Part shown: one piece after another, positions 16,601 to 23,301 of the stretch
Numbering within the stretch: position 1 is the stretch's first letter
How the letters are laid out: each line of letters starts with the position of its first letter
Virus record (IMG/VR): IMGVR_UViG_3300025890_000012
Coordinates: 1-26,167 of that record
Length of the DNA: 26,167 nt
Source of the DNA: a virus
Strand: one strand, 5' to 3'
Translations under genes and position numbers: made by a program
The notes under the pieces: model-generated
Seen by the model: only the letters and a program-made list of their open reading frames with translations
Database searches by the model: none
What the model was told of the DNA's origin: nothing

Positions 16601-16618
16601 GGTTGACAGTGTCAAGTT
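16601..16618 (-). promoter_or_regulatory. Late box copy 4: minus strand AACTTGACACTGTCAACC
   Basis: Identical 18-mer to copy 3. Ends 33 nt upstream of the portal ATG at 16567. Confidence 0.65.
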
Positions 16619-16866
16619 TATAGATCAGACCTTCTCTTGGTGTTCCATCTACTCAAAACAGAGGCAAAGTTCTCATGTCCATTGTATCTGGTCCTCCCAA
16701 ACAAACTCATGTGATCCTCTTCAACACTCCAGTATGTGTCACCATTGGAGTCATGTTGAGGGAGTCTCTCAAAGTATTCTTCAATGAATCCTTCTCTTGT
16801 TGAGATCTTGGGTGCCAGATCAAGGAGTCTGATCAGTTTTTGGGGATTGTTTGGATTGTAGGTCAA
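16618..16866 (-). CDS. Hypothetical protein (82 aa, TTG start overlapping the TerL stop)
   Basis: It is the only ORF filling the TerL-portal gap. No ATG start is available and no motif was recognised. Confidence 0.4.
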   Translation of the reverse strand: MTYNPNNPQKLIRLLDLAPKISTREGFIEEYFERLPQHDSNGDTYWSVEEDHMSLFGRTRYNGHENFASVLSRWNTKRRSDL

Positions 16867-18563
16867 AGGGTTCTGATTGTATATGTGTCTGGAATGTTGT
16901 TTGAGGTTTGTGTTTGGTCTGTCATCTCTTGGCCAATGGACATGATCAATGAGATGATCCCATCAATCTTGTCTCCTGATTTGTCTTTGTCTGGTTTGAT
17001 ATTGCCTGAAGGATCTGTCTTGAGAACTACGTTCCCAAACATCCATCTGATCACTGGATCACAACCATGTTGGATCTTGCCTTCTGAGATCAATCTCTCA
17101 AGTTGTTTGGATGGTGTGGACATTGACACGAATCCTTGCCCAAAGGGGACCATGTTGATCCCATCAGATGCAAGGTTGATCACACACTGTGATGAGTTGA
17201 ATCTGTCAAAGGCAATGCACTCAATGTTGAATCTGGATGCAAGTGGATCAGGATCATGTTTGACTTGTCCATCTTGGATGTGGTATCCAGTGACAAACCT
17301 CCTGATTGAATCATAGTCTGTCACATTGCCCTCTGTGATGAAGACATTTGGAAGGGATGCAAATTCTTGATAGATCCTTGATCCAGATGACTGAAGACGT
17401 TTGTTGACTGTCTCTTCAGGTATCCAATAGAAGGACCGTGTGACATATCCTCCCTCATTGGGCCAGACCAAAGTCAATGCAGTGATGTCTGAGACTGATG
17501 CAAGATCCAGTCCTCCCCAACACTTCACTTGTGGATCAGGTTGGATGTCTGTCTGATCTGCCATCACAGTCTCATCTGAGATCCATGTTGCAGAAGAGGA
17601 CACCCACTCATTCATGTGTTTGGTCCTGAAGTTGACCAACATTGAACCTCCATAGTTTTGAGACTGCCTCAACTCCTTCTCAATATATGAGGAAGGAAGT
17701 GTGACATCCAGAGATGGATTGGACTTGATCCAGACTGAAGGATCTGTGAAGTCATCCTCTTCATCCAGAGTGTAGATCAGTGCAAACAGACTGTCATCTT
17801 GTGTCTTCCCTTCCAAGACATCACAAGTGGATCTCATCATCTGAAAACAAGGACCTCCAATGTTGAATCCTGCAGTGGTGATGATTGCAATCAGGGGAGA
17901 TGTTCTTGCCCCAGTTGCACTCTTGAGGACATTCAGGAGATCTGCATCTTTGTGTGCATGGAACTCATCCAGAACTGCACAATGAACATTGAGTCCATCT
18001 GCACTCTTGGCATCTGAGGACAGTGGTTCTGCCTTTGAATTGGTTGAAGGGACAGAGAGATTGTTCCTCAGGATCTTGATCCTCTTCTTGAGGTGTGGAG
18101 ATGACATGACCATCCTTGTGGCCTCATCATGACAGATTTTTGCCTGATCTCTCTTGGTTGCTCCCCAGACTACTTCAGACGCTTGTTCTCCATCAAAGTC
18201 AAGGAGTGCAAGTCCTATCCCTGCAAGGAGTTGTGTCTTCCCATTCTTCCTCCCAACCTGACAATATAAAGTGGAGAACCTTCTTGATCCATCATCCTTC
18301 TTCCATCCAAAGATTGATGCAACTGCAAACTTCTGCCAAGGAAGGAGAAGGAATCTCTGACCTGCCCACTTGCCTTTGGTATGGTAGAGGAATCTCTCAA
18401 AGAATTGGATGAATCTGTCTGCATCTTGATCATCAAACCAGAGTCCACGAGTGTGCCCATCCTGAAGATCATCCAGATGTCTTTGACATGCAAGGTTGAT
18501 CCACTTGGATGCAGTGATCTTCCCACTGATCACATCATGTGCATAGTCATTCCAATCTGTCAT
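16863..18563 (-). CDS. terL: Terminase large subunit
   Basis: Walker A QVGRKNGKTQL, Walker B AVLDEFHAH, and the nuclease-domain segment GLDLASVSDITAL. The ATG at 18563 overlaps the TerS stop by 1 nt. Confidence 0.9.
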   Translation of the reverse strand: MTDWNDYAHDVISGKITASKWINLACQRHLDDLQDGHTRGLWFDDQDADRFIQFFERFLYHTKGKWAGQRFLLLPWQKFAVASIFGWKKDDGSRRFSTLYCQVGRKNGKTQLLAGIGLALLDFDGEQASEVVWGATKRDQAKICHDEATRMVMSSPHLKKRIKILRNNLSVPSTNSKAEPLSSDAKSADGLNVHCAVLDEFHAHKDADLLNVLKSATGARTSPLIAIITTAGFNIGGPCFQMMRSTCDVLEGKTQDDSLFALIYTLDEEDDFTDPSVWIKSNPSLDVTLPSSYIEKELRQSQNYGGSMLVNFRTKHMNEWVSSSATWISDETVMADQTDIQPDPQVKCWGGLDLASVSDITALTLVWPNEGGYVTRSFYWIPEETVNKRLQSSGSRIYQEFASLPNVFITEGNVTDYDSIRRFVTGYHIQDGQVKHDPDPLASRFNIECIAFDRFNSSQCVINLASDGINMVPFGQGFVSMSTPSKQLERLISEGKIQHGCDPVIRWMFGNVVLKTDPSGNIKPDKDKSGDKIDGIISLIMSIGQEMTDQTQTSNNIPDTYTIRTL

Positions 18564-19033
18564 CAACCACTTGAGGCAGTTTTGAGTGTGAGATATGGAT
18601 CATCTTGATCCTTCTTGATATTTGAGAAGGACATCAACTTCTCTCTGTCTGCAGGAGACAGTCCCAACTTTGCTGAAAGTGTGAGGACATTCTTGACTGC
18701 ACGTTCAAATGCAGTGAAGGTGCCAGTGATATTTGTTGCACCAGAGTCAAACTCCTGCACAACATCATCCAGATCCTTGATCTCATTTGATGCCTGAACC
18801 ATGATGTCAATGTTCTTTGCCAGAACAGACAACAACATTGCATCCACCTGATAGAGGACAGATGCCTCATTCAGATGATCAATTGTCAGATCATAGAAGT
18901 GACGTGCATTCTCATTGAGGTCAATGATTGGATCTGGGAAGTCAGATCTGTCAACTGTTGACTCCTTTGGAGTGATGTCCCTATCTGATCGGAGGGTTCC
19001 TTGAATTGCTTTGAGTGCTTTGCTTTTGGCCAT
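18563..19033 (-). CDS. terS: Terminase small subunit (P27-family-like)
   Basis: Lies immediately upstream of TerL. About 156 aa counted from the ATG at 19033 (MAKSKALKAIQG...). The C-terminal ...AKLGLSPADREKL... is typical of the family. Confidence 0.7.
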   Translation of the reverse strand: MAKSKALKAIQGTLRSDRDITPKESTVDRSDFPDPIIDLNENARHFYDLTIDHLNEASVLYQVDAMLLSVLAKNIDIMVQASNEIKDLDDVVQEFDSGATNITGTFTAFERAVKNVLTLSAKLGLSPADREKLMSFSNIKKDQDDPYLTLKTASSG

Positions 19034-19035
19034 GA

Positions 19036-19320
19036 TCAGTCTTTGTCCCAATAGTCTTCCCAGTCATATGATCCCCCAGTGTCTTCATGTTCACAGATCT
19101 CCAGTTCCAACTCATCCAACTTCTTGTGATGTGCGAGTTCCCAAACAAGATCAGTGATGTCTTCTCCTTGATACATGAACTTCAGAAGGACCACATCTGA
19201 GGGAGTTGCAGGAAGACCTGATCCATCAGAATAGTAGGTGACTTCTTCCTCTCCTGCATCATATTCATATTGCACCTCAATTGGTTCTGTGAGTGATATG
19301 TCCCAGTCCCATGTCTTCAT
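19036..19320 (-). CDS. Hypothetical acidic protein (94 aa)
   Basis: ORF with an ATGA overlap to the HNH gene. No motif recognised. Confidence 0.55.
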   Translation of the reverse strand: MKTWDWDISLTEPIEVQYEYDAGEEEVTYYSDGSGLPATPSDVVLLKFMYQGEDITDLVWELAHHKKLDELELEICEHEDTGGSYDWEDYWDKD

Positions 19321-19733
19321 GACTCCCCCTTCAAATTGTTGACATCAAAAAGAGTTCTCTCCTCGACGTTCCTTGAGATCTTAGATCTGTGATGTTGAAC
19401 ACCCCTTCCCCCTCCAGAATGTCCCTCAGATCCACTCTTGGAATTGTGGCATGAATCACACAGTGGTTGAAGGTTGGTTGGATCAAAGAATGCTCCACCT
19501 TGTCTCACTGGGATGATGTGGTCAATGACTCTGGCAGGAGTGATCCTCCCAGAGTCCTGACAACTATGACACAAGGGAGTCTGTTCAAGAATGTTCAGTC
19601 TTGTCAGTCTCCATCTTTTGGATTTGTACCTTCGATCATATGCATGAGGAGATCTCCCTTTGGAAGAGTCTTGATCCTTGAGTGATTGTGTCACCCAAGG
19701 TCTCTGTGGAGATTTCCAGTTGAATGAAGGCAT
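19317..19733 (-). CDS. HNH endonuclease (terminase-associated type)
   Basis: CHSCQDSGRITPARVIDHIIPVRQGG...NLQPLCDSCHNSK. Lies upstream of TerS/TerL, as in HK97-like cos phages. The ATG at 19733 is preferred over the track TTG at 19742. Confidence 0.85.
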   Translation of the reverse strand: MPSFNWKSPQRPWVTQSLKDQDSSKGRSPHAYDRRYKSKRWRLTRLNILEQTPLCHSCQDSGRITPARVIDHIIPVRQGGAFFDPTNLQPLCDSCHNSKSGSEGHSGGGRGVQHHRSKISRNVEERTLFDVNNLKGES

Positions 19734-19772
19734 TGGATGCAATTTCGGACATTTTACTCTGAAATTTGCTCA

Positions 19773-19787
19773 ATGTCTGAAACGTGG
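19773..19787. repeat. 15-bp direct repeat ATGTCTGAAACGTGG, copy 1
   Basis: Exact second copy at 19974-19988, 201 bp away. Both lie in the 19743-19995 non-coding region. Confidence 0.8.
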
Positions 19788-19803
19788 GGAGAAGTCTTTG
19801 TGT

Positions 19804-19813
19804 GGGTGCAAAT
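19804..19813 (-). promoter_or_regulatory. Promoter-like box ATTTGCACCC (minus strand) upstream of the HNH-terminase block
   Basis: The same 10-mer occurs at 21523-21532 (minus), and ATTTGCTCCC occurs at 21638-21647 (plus). The box contains a TTTG core like the Bacteroidota -7 element TAnnTTTG. Confidence 0.4.
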
Positions 19814-19870
19814 GGTAGAGAATATCCACCTGACTGGGGAGAACTGATCTCTGCATGTTCCATGACCTCT

Positions 19871-19888
19871 GTGCCCCCAATGGGGCAC
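19871..19888. other. GC-rich hairpin GTGCCCC-caat-GGGGCAC
   Basis: Perfect 7-bp stem with a 4-nt loop. No flanking T run on either strand. Confidence 0.6.
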
Positions 19889-19906
19889 TCAGGGAAGTTC
19901 CTTGGT

Positions 19907-19921
19907 CAAGGATGATCCTTG
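19907..19921. repeat. 15-bp perfect palindrome CAAGGAT-G-ATCCTTG
   Basis: Read directly. Lies in the same non-coding region. Confidence 0.6.
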
Positions 19922-19973
19922 GGTTCCTGAGAAGCAGGGCGAAGTTCGGTCTCACCTAAATACCAAACAAGAG

Positions 19974-19988
19974 ATGTCTGAAACGTGG
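19974..19988. repeat. 15-bp direct repeat ATGTCTGAAACGTGG, copy 2
   Basis: Identical to 19773-19787. On the minus strand it starts 8 nt after the stop of the 502-aa ORF. Confidence 0.8.
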
Positions 19989-19995
19989 TTGAAAC

Positions 19996-21504
19996 TTACT
20001 TCTGAATTTGTTTGATCATTGATCCATTCTTGTTGCCCTCATTGTCAAAGGAGATCACAACCTTGAACTCAACCTCACCATCTTCATTCAACCAATTGGG
20101 ATGGACCTCAAAGGGAAGGTGAACAGTTGGAAGGAATCCCATCTGAGTCATCCCCTTGTCTTGTCCTTTGACCTCAATGGTCTCTGTGGATCTGTCATCT
20201 GAAGTGATCACTGGATCTTCAACACTTGACATGACTGCCTCCATCAATTCAAGATCTGGGATTGTCACCTTTGCAGGATCAATGACAACTTGATCTGGGA
20301 CCACTCCAGTCCTGATCCAAGTGTCAATGACAGACTCTTCAAGTTGAACCTGATGAGAATCCATCTTCAGTCTTGCCAGTTGAAGATCTCTCTGCAGTTG
20401 AACATTCTTCTCATCCATTTTCTGAATCTTCTTGAGTGTGTCCAACTTGATGTCTGCAATCCATCTCTCTGCTTCTTTTTGAGTGATGTCTCCTGCTTTG
20501 AATTTGGCAACCACATCCTTGATGTTTGTCTGTTCATAGGGTGACTCAAACTGCTTTGGATCTTCTGGAGTTGGTTCCCAATCCTCGTGAGGTCCTTCTT
20601 CAGACATCTTCTTGAGGTGTCTCCACATGTTGTGGGAATTTTCTGCTCTTGGATCAGGTTCCCCAGTGGCCTCATCCCATTCAAAGACTGCCTCCTCAAT
20701 CATCATGATTGCCTCCTCACAGTTGTGTCCTCCCCATCTGCCATCATAAACATTCAGCAATGGGAATCCTCCATCTATATACTGAGGACCAACAATTCCA
20801 TCATCATCCTTGCCTTTTGCATAGAACATGAATGCAGTTGGATAGTTGGTGCCCATCCAATCATTGATCTCATCAGCATCCCAATAGGTGCATGTTGAGA
20901 CCTGATGTCTTGGAGTGTCTCCCATCCTATTGATCACCCACAGATCTTCTCTTGCTCCATCATATTCATTCCAGTTCTTGATCCCAATCATTGTCATGAA
21001 GTCAGGGTGAAGATCAATTCCTCTGACAGTTGAATTGGGACAAACAACACAAAGTCCAAGATCAAATGCCTCCCTGAAGTGGTGACTGAAAATTGAATAG
21101 TTAAGTTTTTCCAATTCATCTGTGACATTCCTGATGAAGGAATTGGTGACTGGTCTGTATCCATCTCTTGCCTTTGCTTTGATAGTCTCATCTTCTGAGT
21201 GGAGGTCTGCATATGATGGGGACTTTGACAGACAGACATTGTTCCAAGTTTGACGAGTCTTGCCAGTTGCATTGGTGATCCCTTCCCAATCCCAGTTGAG
21301 TTGTTCCCTCATGATCTGCACCAAATTCAGTGCCCACATCCTCCTGACATTGAACTGCATCTTGTTCCACTCTTCCAGATCCAACACTCTTGGTGCAGAA
21401 TCAAATGGTGACTTGTATGTCTTTGGGATTGTTAATGCTTGGACATGAGTGTTCTGTTGGTTCTTGATTGCCTCAGTGACCTTGATGTTCTGTGATTTGC
21501 TCAT
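19996..21504 (-). CDS. Hypothetical protein, 502 aa, no recognisable catalytic motif. Possible HTH near residues 70-95 and a coiled-coil region near residues 330-390
   Basis: Long uninterrupted ORF with an ATG start 18 nt downstream of an ATTTGCACCC box. WEGITNATGKTRQTWNNV looks HTH-like. KEAERWIADIKLDTLKKIQKMDEKNVQLQRDLQLARLK is heptad-like. Confidence 0.7.
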   Translation of the reverse strand: MSKSQNIKVTEAIKNQQNTHVQALTIPKTYKSPFDSAPRVLDLEEWNKMQFNVRRMWALNLVQIMREQLNWDWEGITNATGKTRQTWNNVCLSKSPSYADLHSEDETIKAKARDGYRPVTNSFIRNVTDELEKLNYSIFSHHFREAFDLGLCVVCPNSTVRGIDLHPDFMTMIGIKNWNEYDGAREDLWVINRMGDTPRHQVSTCTYWDADEINDWMGTNYPTAFMFYAKGKDDDGIVGPQYIDGGFPLLNVYDGRWGGHNCEEAIMMIEEAVFEWDEATGEPDPRAENSHNMWRHLKKMSEEGPHEDWEPTPEDPKQFESPYEQTNIKDVVAKFKAGDITQKEAERWIADIKLDTLKKIQKMDEKNVQLQRDLQLARLKMDSHQVQLEESVIDTWIRTGVVPDQVVIDPAKVTIPDLELMEAVMSSVEDPVITSDDRSTETIEVKGQDKGMTQMGFLPTVHLPFEVHPNWLNEDGEVEFKVVISFDNEGNKNGSMIKQIQK

Positions 21505-21522
21505 TTTTCGCTCCTGATAGTA

Positions 21523-21532
21523 GGGTGCAAAT
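21523..21532 (-). promoter_or_regulatory. Promoter-like box ATTTGCACCC (minus strand) for the 502-aa gene
   Basis: CAtaTTTGCACCC lies 18 nt upstream of the ATG at 21504. A TTTG lies 17 nt further upstream, inside repeat R1. Confidence 0.4.
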
Positions 21533-21534
21533 AT

Positions 21535-21557
21535 GGTGGAAAACCTCCCTCAAAACA
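21535..21557. promoter_or_regulatory. Switch-region direct repeat R1 (GTGGAAAAC-n4-CTCAAAACA). The minus strand contains TTTTCCACC, a DnaA-box-like 9-mer
   Basis: Shares the 9-mers GTGGAAAAC and CTCAAAACA with R2, 51 bp away. Lies between divergent genes. Confidence 0.5.
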
Positions 21558-21585
21558 AGTCAGATTCACAACTTCGGGGATATTG

Positions 21586-21609
21586 TGTGGAAAACTGCCT
21601 CTCAAAACA
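21586..21609. promoter_or_regulatory. Switch-region direct repeat R2 (GTGGAAAAC-n5-CTCAAAACA). The minus strand contains TTTTCCACA, which fits the relaxed DnaA box TTWTNCACA
   Basis: Read directly. Candidate operator or iteron. Confidence 0.5.
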
Positions 21610-21634
21610 TGCTTCAAACGCTTTTATTTACCCT

Positions 21635-21647
21635 TAGATTTGCTCCC
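21635..21647 (+). promoter_or_regulatory. Promoter-like box TAGATTTGCTCCC for the early plus-strand operon
   Basis: TAGATTTG is an exact fit to the Bacteroidota -7 consensus TAnnTTTG. It is 9/10 identical to the ATTTGCACCC boxes and lies 74 nt upstream of the ATG at 21717. Confidence 0.45.
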
Positions 21648-21716
21648 AAGATGTTTTTAATCTTTCGTTGAACAAATGATCTGAAAGTAGCTAATAACAC
21701 GTTAAATGAATAAACA

Positions 21717-21959
21717 ATGAGCATACCAAGAACGCAAGTCTTTGACACTCTGCTGACAACTTCTGAAGTTGCAGAGATCTTGAAGGTCACTCCTGCAACT
21801 GTCAGGAATATGATCAAGAGAGGAGACATCACAGACTGCATCCAACTTAACAAAGGGGGAAGAATACTCTACCGAGTACCAATGAACTCCCTCAGGTCTT
21901 TAATGGGCAATGATCTGCCCCAGAATGAAAGCAGATCAGTATTTTCAAATCTCTCATAA
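21717..21959 (+). CDS. Helix-turn-helix DNA-binding protein (excisionase/MerR-like HTH_17 type). Candidate Xis and/or Cro-like regulator
   Basis: TTSEVAEILKVTPATVRNMIKRGDI...GGRILYRV is the typical Xis/AlpA-type winged-HTH signature. It is the first gene of the early operon. Confidence 0.75.
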   Translation: MSIPRTQVFDTLLTTSEVAEILKVTPATVRNMIKRGDITDCIQLNKGGRILYRVPMNSLRSLMGNDLPQNESRSVFSNLS

Positions 21960-21960
21960 A

Positions 21961-22539
21961 ATGAGTATAATGACACAAGGGTTCTTGCCCTTCAATTTTG
22001 GCATTCAAACGAATGCAGACGGCACATGTTCAACTCCAACTCCTCACACGGAGGATCTAACTCCATTCTTCCCTGATATTAAAGGAAGAAGGATCTGGAA
22101 CAAAAAACACCCAGAGATTGCAAACTATCCTGAAGCAATTGCATACTGTGTGGACAAATACTGTGATGAACATGCAGTCCCAGTGACATGGTTCATAGTT
22201 TCCAAACTGCTGAAGGCAGAAGGATTCCCAAAGATGAACAAGGGCAACATCACCAATGCCATCAACATGGGCCTGATCACAAGAGTGGCGATCAAGGACT
22301 TCCAGAAGTCTAAAAGAGGGGAGCAACTTCTTGCCTCTAATGAGTTGGGAGAAAACGTCAACAACATGATCTGGGACTTCACCAATTGGTTTGAAGACAT
22401 AGACGATGGAACAGAGACTCCATTCAGATGGAATGAACACCGTGAGGTCTTCATGAACAACCTTCTGAGGAGTGTCAAACAACGTGGATTCTTCAAAACC
22501 AAAGTACACTGTCACCCAAATGTTGGACTTCCGTTCTAA
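21961..22539 (+). CDS. Hypothetical protein (192 aa)
   Basis: ATG at 21961 directly after the upstream stop; the track start at 21910 overlaps the upstream gene. TAATG coupling to the next gene. No motif recognised. Confidence 0.6.
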   Translation: MSIMTQGFLPFNFGIQTNADGTCSTPTPHTEDLTPFFPDIKGRRIWNKKHPEIANYPEAIAYCVDKYCDEHAVPVTWFIVSKLLKAEGFPKMNKGNITNAINMGLITRVAIKDFQKSKRGEQLLASNELGENVNNMIWDFTNWFEDIDDGTETPFRWNEHREVFMNNLLRSVKQRGFFKTKVHCHPNVGLPF

Positions 22540-22937
22540 TGAGTGGAGTGTTTCACTACGCACTCCCCTCTGACAAGGTTCAGAACAGTGCATTTGACAA
22601 CTACCTCAACAAGGTCTGTGATGCATCTGGCATCCTTAAGGCCGAGTTGATCGGTCATGGAAGAAGACGTGAGGTTGTAGATCTACGACATCTCATGATG
22701 ACCATTGCATATCATGAATTTGGACTCACAGTGAAGACTGTGGGGAAGATGTTCAACCGAGATCACTCATCTGTTGTCCATGCAAAGGACAAGATGAAGA
22801 TTCTCCTGAGCAATCCCAAAGTCCTAAAACAAACACCTTTCCTGCACCAGTGTGTCCTCATTGCAGATCAGGAAATTTTCAACATCTGGGGACACAATTT
22901 TAACACAATAAACACATGGCTTATACAGAAAAAGTGA
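22539..22937 (+). CDS. DnaA C-terminal (domain IV)-like HTH protein, putative replication initiator/regulator
   Basis: GRRREVVDLRHLMMTIAYHEFGLTVKTVGKMFNRDHSSVVHAKDKMKILL parallels the DnaA domain IV pattern R-x-x-x-x-x-R-Q-x-A-M-Y-L...IG...RDHSTV-HA. Confidence 0.7.
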   Translation: MSGVFHYALPSDKVQNSAFDNYLNKVCDASGILKAELIGHGRRREVVDLRHLMMTIAYHEFGLTVKTVGKMFNRDHSSVVHAKDKMKILLSNPKVLKQTPFLHQCVLIADQEIFNIWGHNFNTINTWLIQKK

Positions 22938-23194
22938 CATTTGAGATTGACCTCTCAAAGATCGACAAGAGTGCAATCAAGGAGGTTGCAAGTGGCAAAT
23001 GGATGAAGGTGACTCTGGTCCCAACTCCAGACAACCAGTACAATGAATATCTGGTCTCTCAATATATAGGGAAGGGACAGAGTGGAGTCATCCTTGGCAA
23101 TGGTAACGACATGAGCACGGTGATGGACAAGATCAATGGGAACTCCAAACCAGTCCAACTGGAGGAATCCTCAGACGCTCCTCTCCCCTTCTAA
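22916..23194 (+). CDS. Hypothetical 92-aa protein with an SSB-like acidic C-terminal tip (..EESSDAPLPF)
   Basis: ORF in the replication module. The last residues resemble the D-D-D-I-P-F tip of bacterial SSBs. An OB fold was not verified. Confidence 0.5.
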   Translation: MAYTEKVTFEIDLSKIDKSAIKEVASGKWMKVTLVPTPDNQYNEYLVSQYIGKGQSGVILGNGNDMSTVMDKINGNSKPVQLEESSDAPLPF

Positions 23195-23217
23195 TGTAGA
23201 GGATGCACCACATATCA

Positions 23218-23232
23218 GGACACAGAGTGTCC
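23218..23232. repeat. 15-bp palindrome GGACAC-aga-GTGTCC
   Basis: Read directly in the 107-nt gap inside the replication module. Confidence 0.5.
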
Positions 23233-23252
23233 ACAATCCATTCATTTTGATA

Positions 23253-23286
23253 GGGGCCATTGCACTATGGTAGTGGCCCCTTTTTT
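23253..23286 (+). terminator. Rho-independent terminator
   Basis: GGGGCCA (23253-23259) / TGGCCCC (23274-23280) with a 14-nt loop, followed by TTTTTT (23281-23286). Confidence 0.7.
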
Positions 23287-23301
23287 AGGCCTTAACAATT
23301 T

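Noticed and set aside
18950-18962. 13-bp palindrome GTCAAC-T-GTTGAC inside terS. A similar inside-out pair, TGTCAAC-n8-GGTTGACAG, lies at 11641-11664
   Set aside because: These contain late-box half-sites in reversed arrangement. However, TTGAC/GTCAA words are very common in this composition, and both lie within coding sequence with no downstream start codon at the characteristic distance.
19636-19955. Minus-strand ORFs 19636..19863 (75 aa) and 19770..19955 (61 aa)
   Set aside because: One overlaps the HNH gene out of frame. Both lie in the repeat- and hairpin-rich island, whose CpG density is typical of non-coding sequence. No motifs were found.
21614-21853. 79-aa minus-strand ORF antisense to the early HTH gene
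   Set aside because: It overlaps a gene with a clear HTH signature and extends into the promoter region. The hydrophobic nonsense-like sequence is probably spurious.
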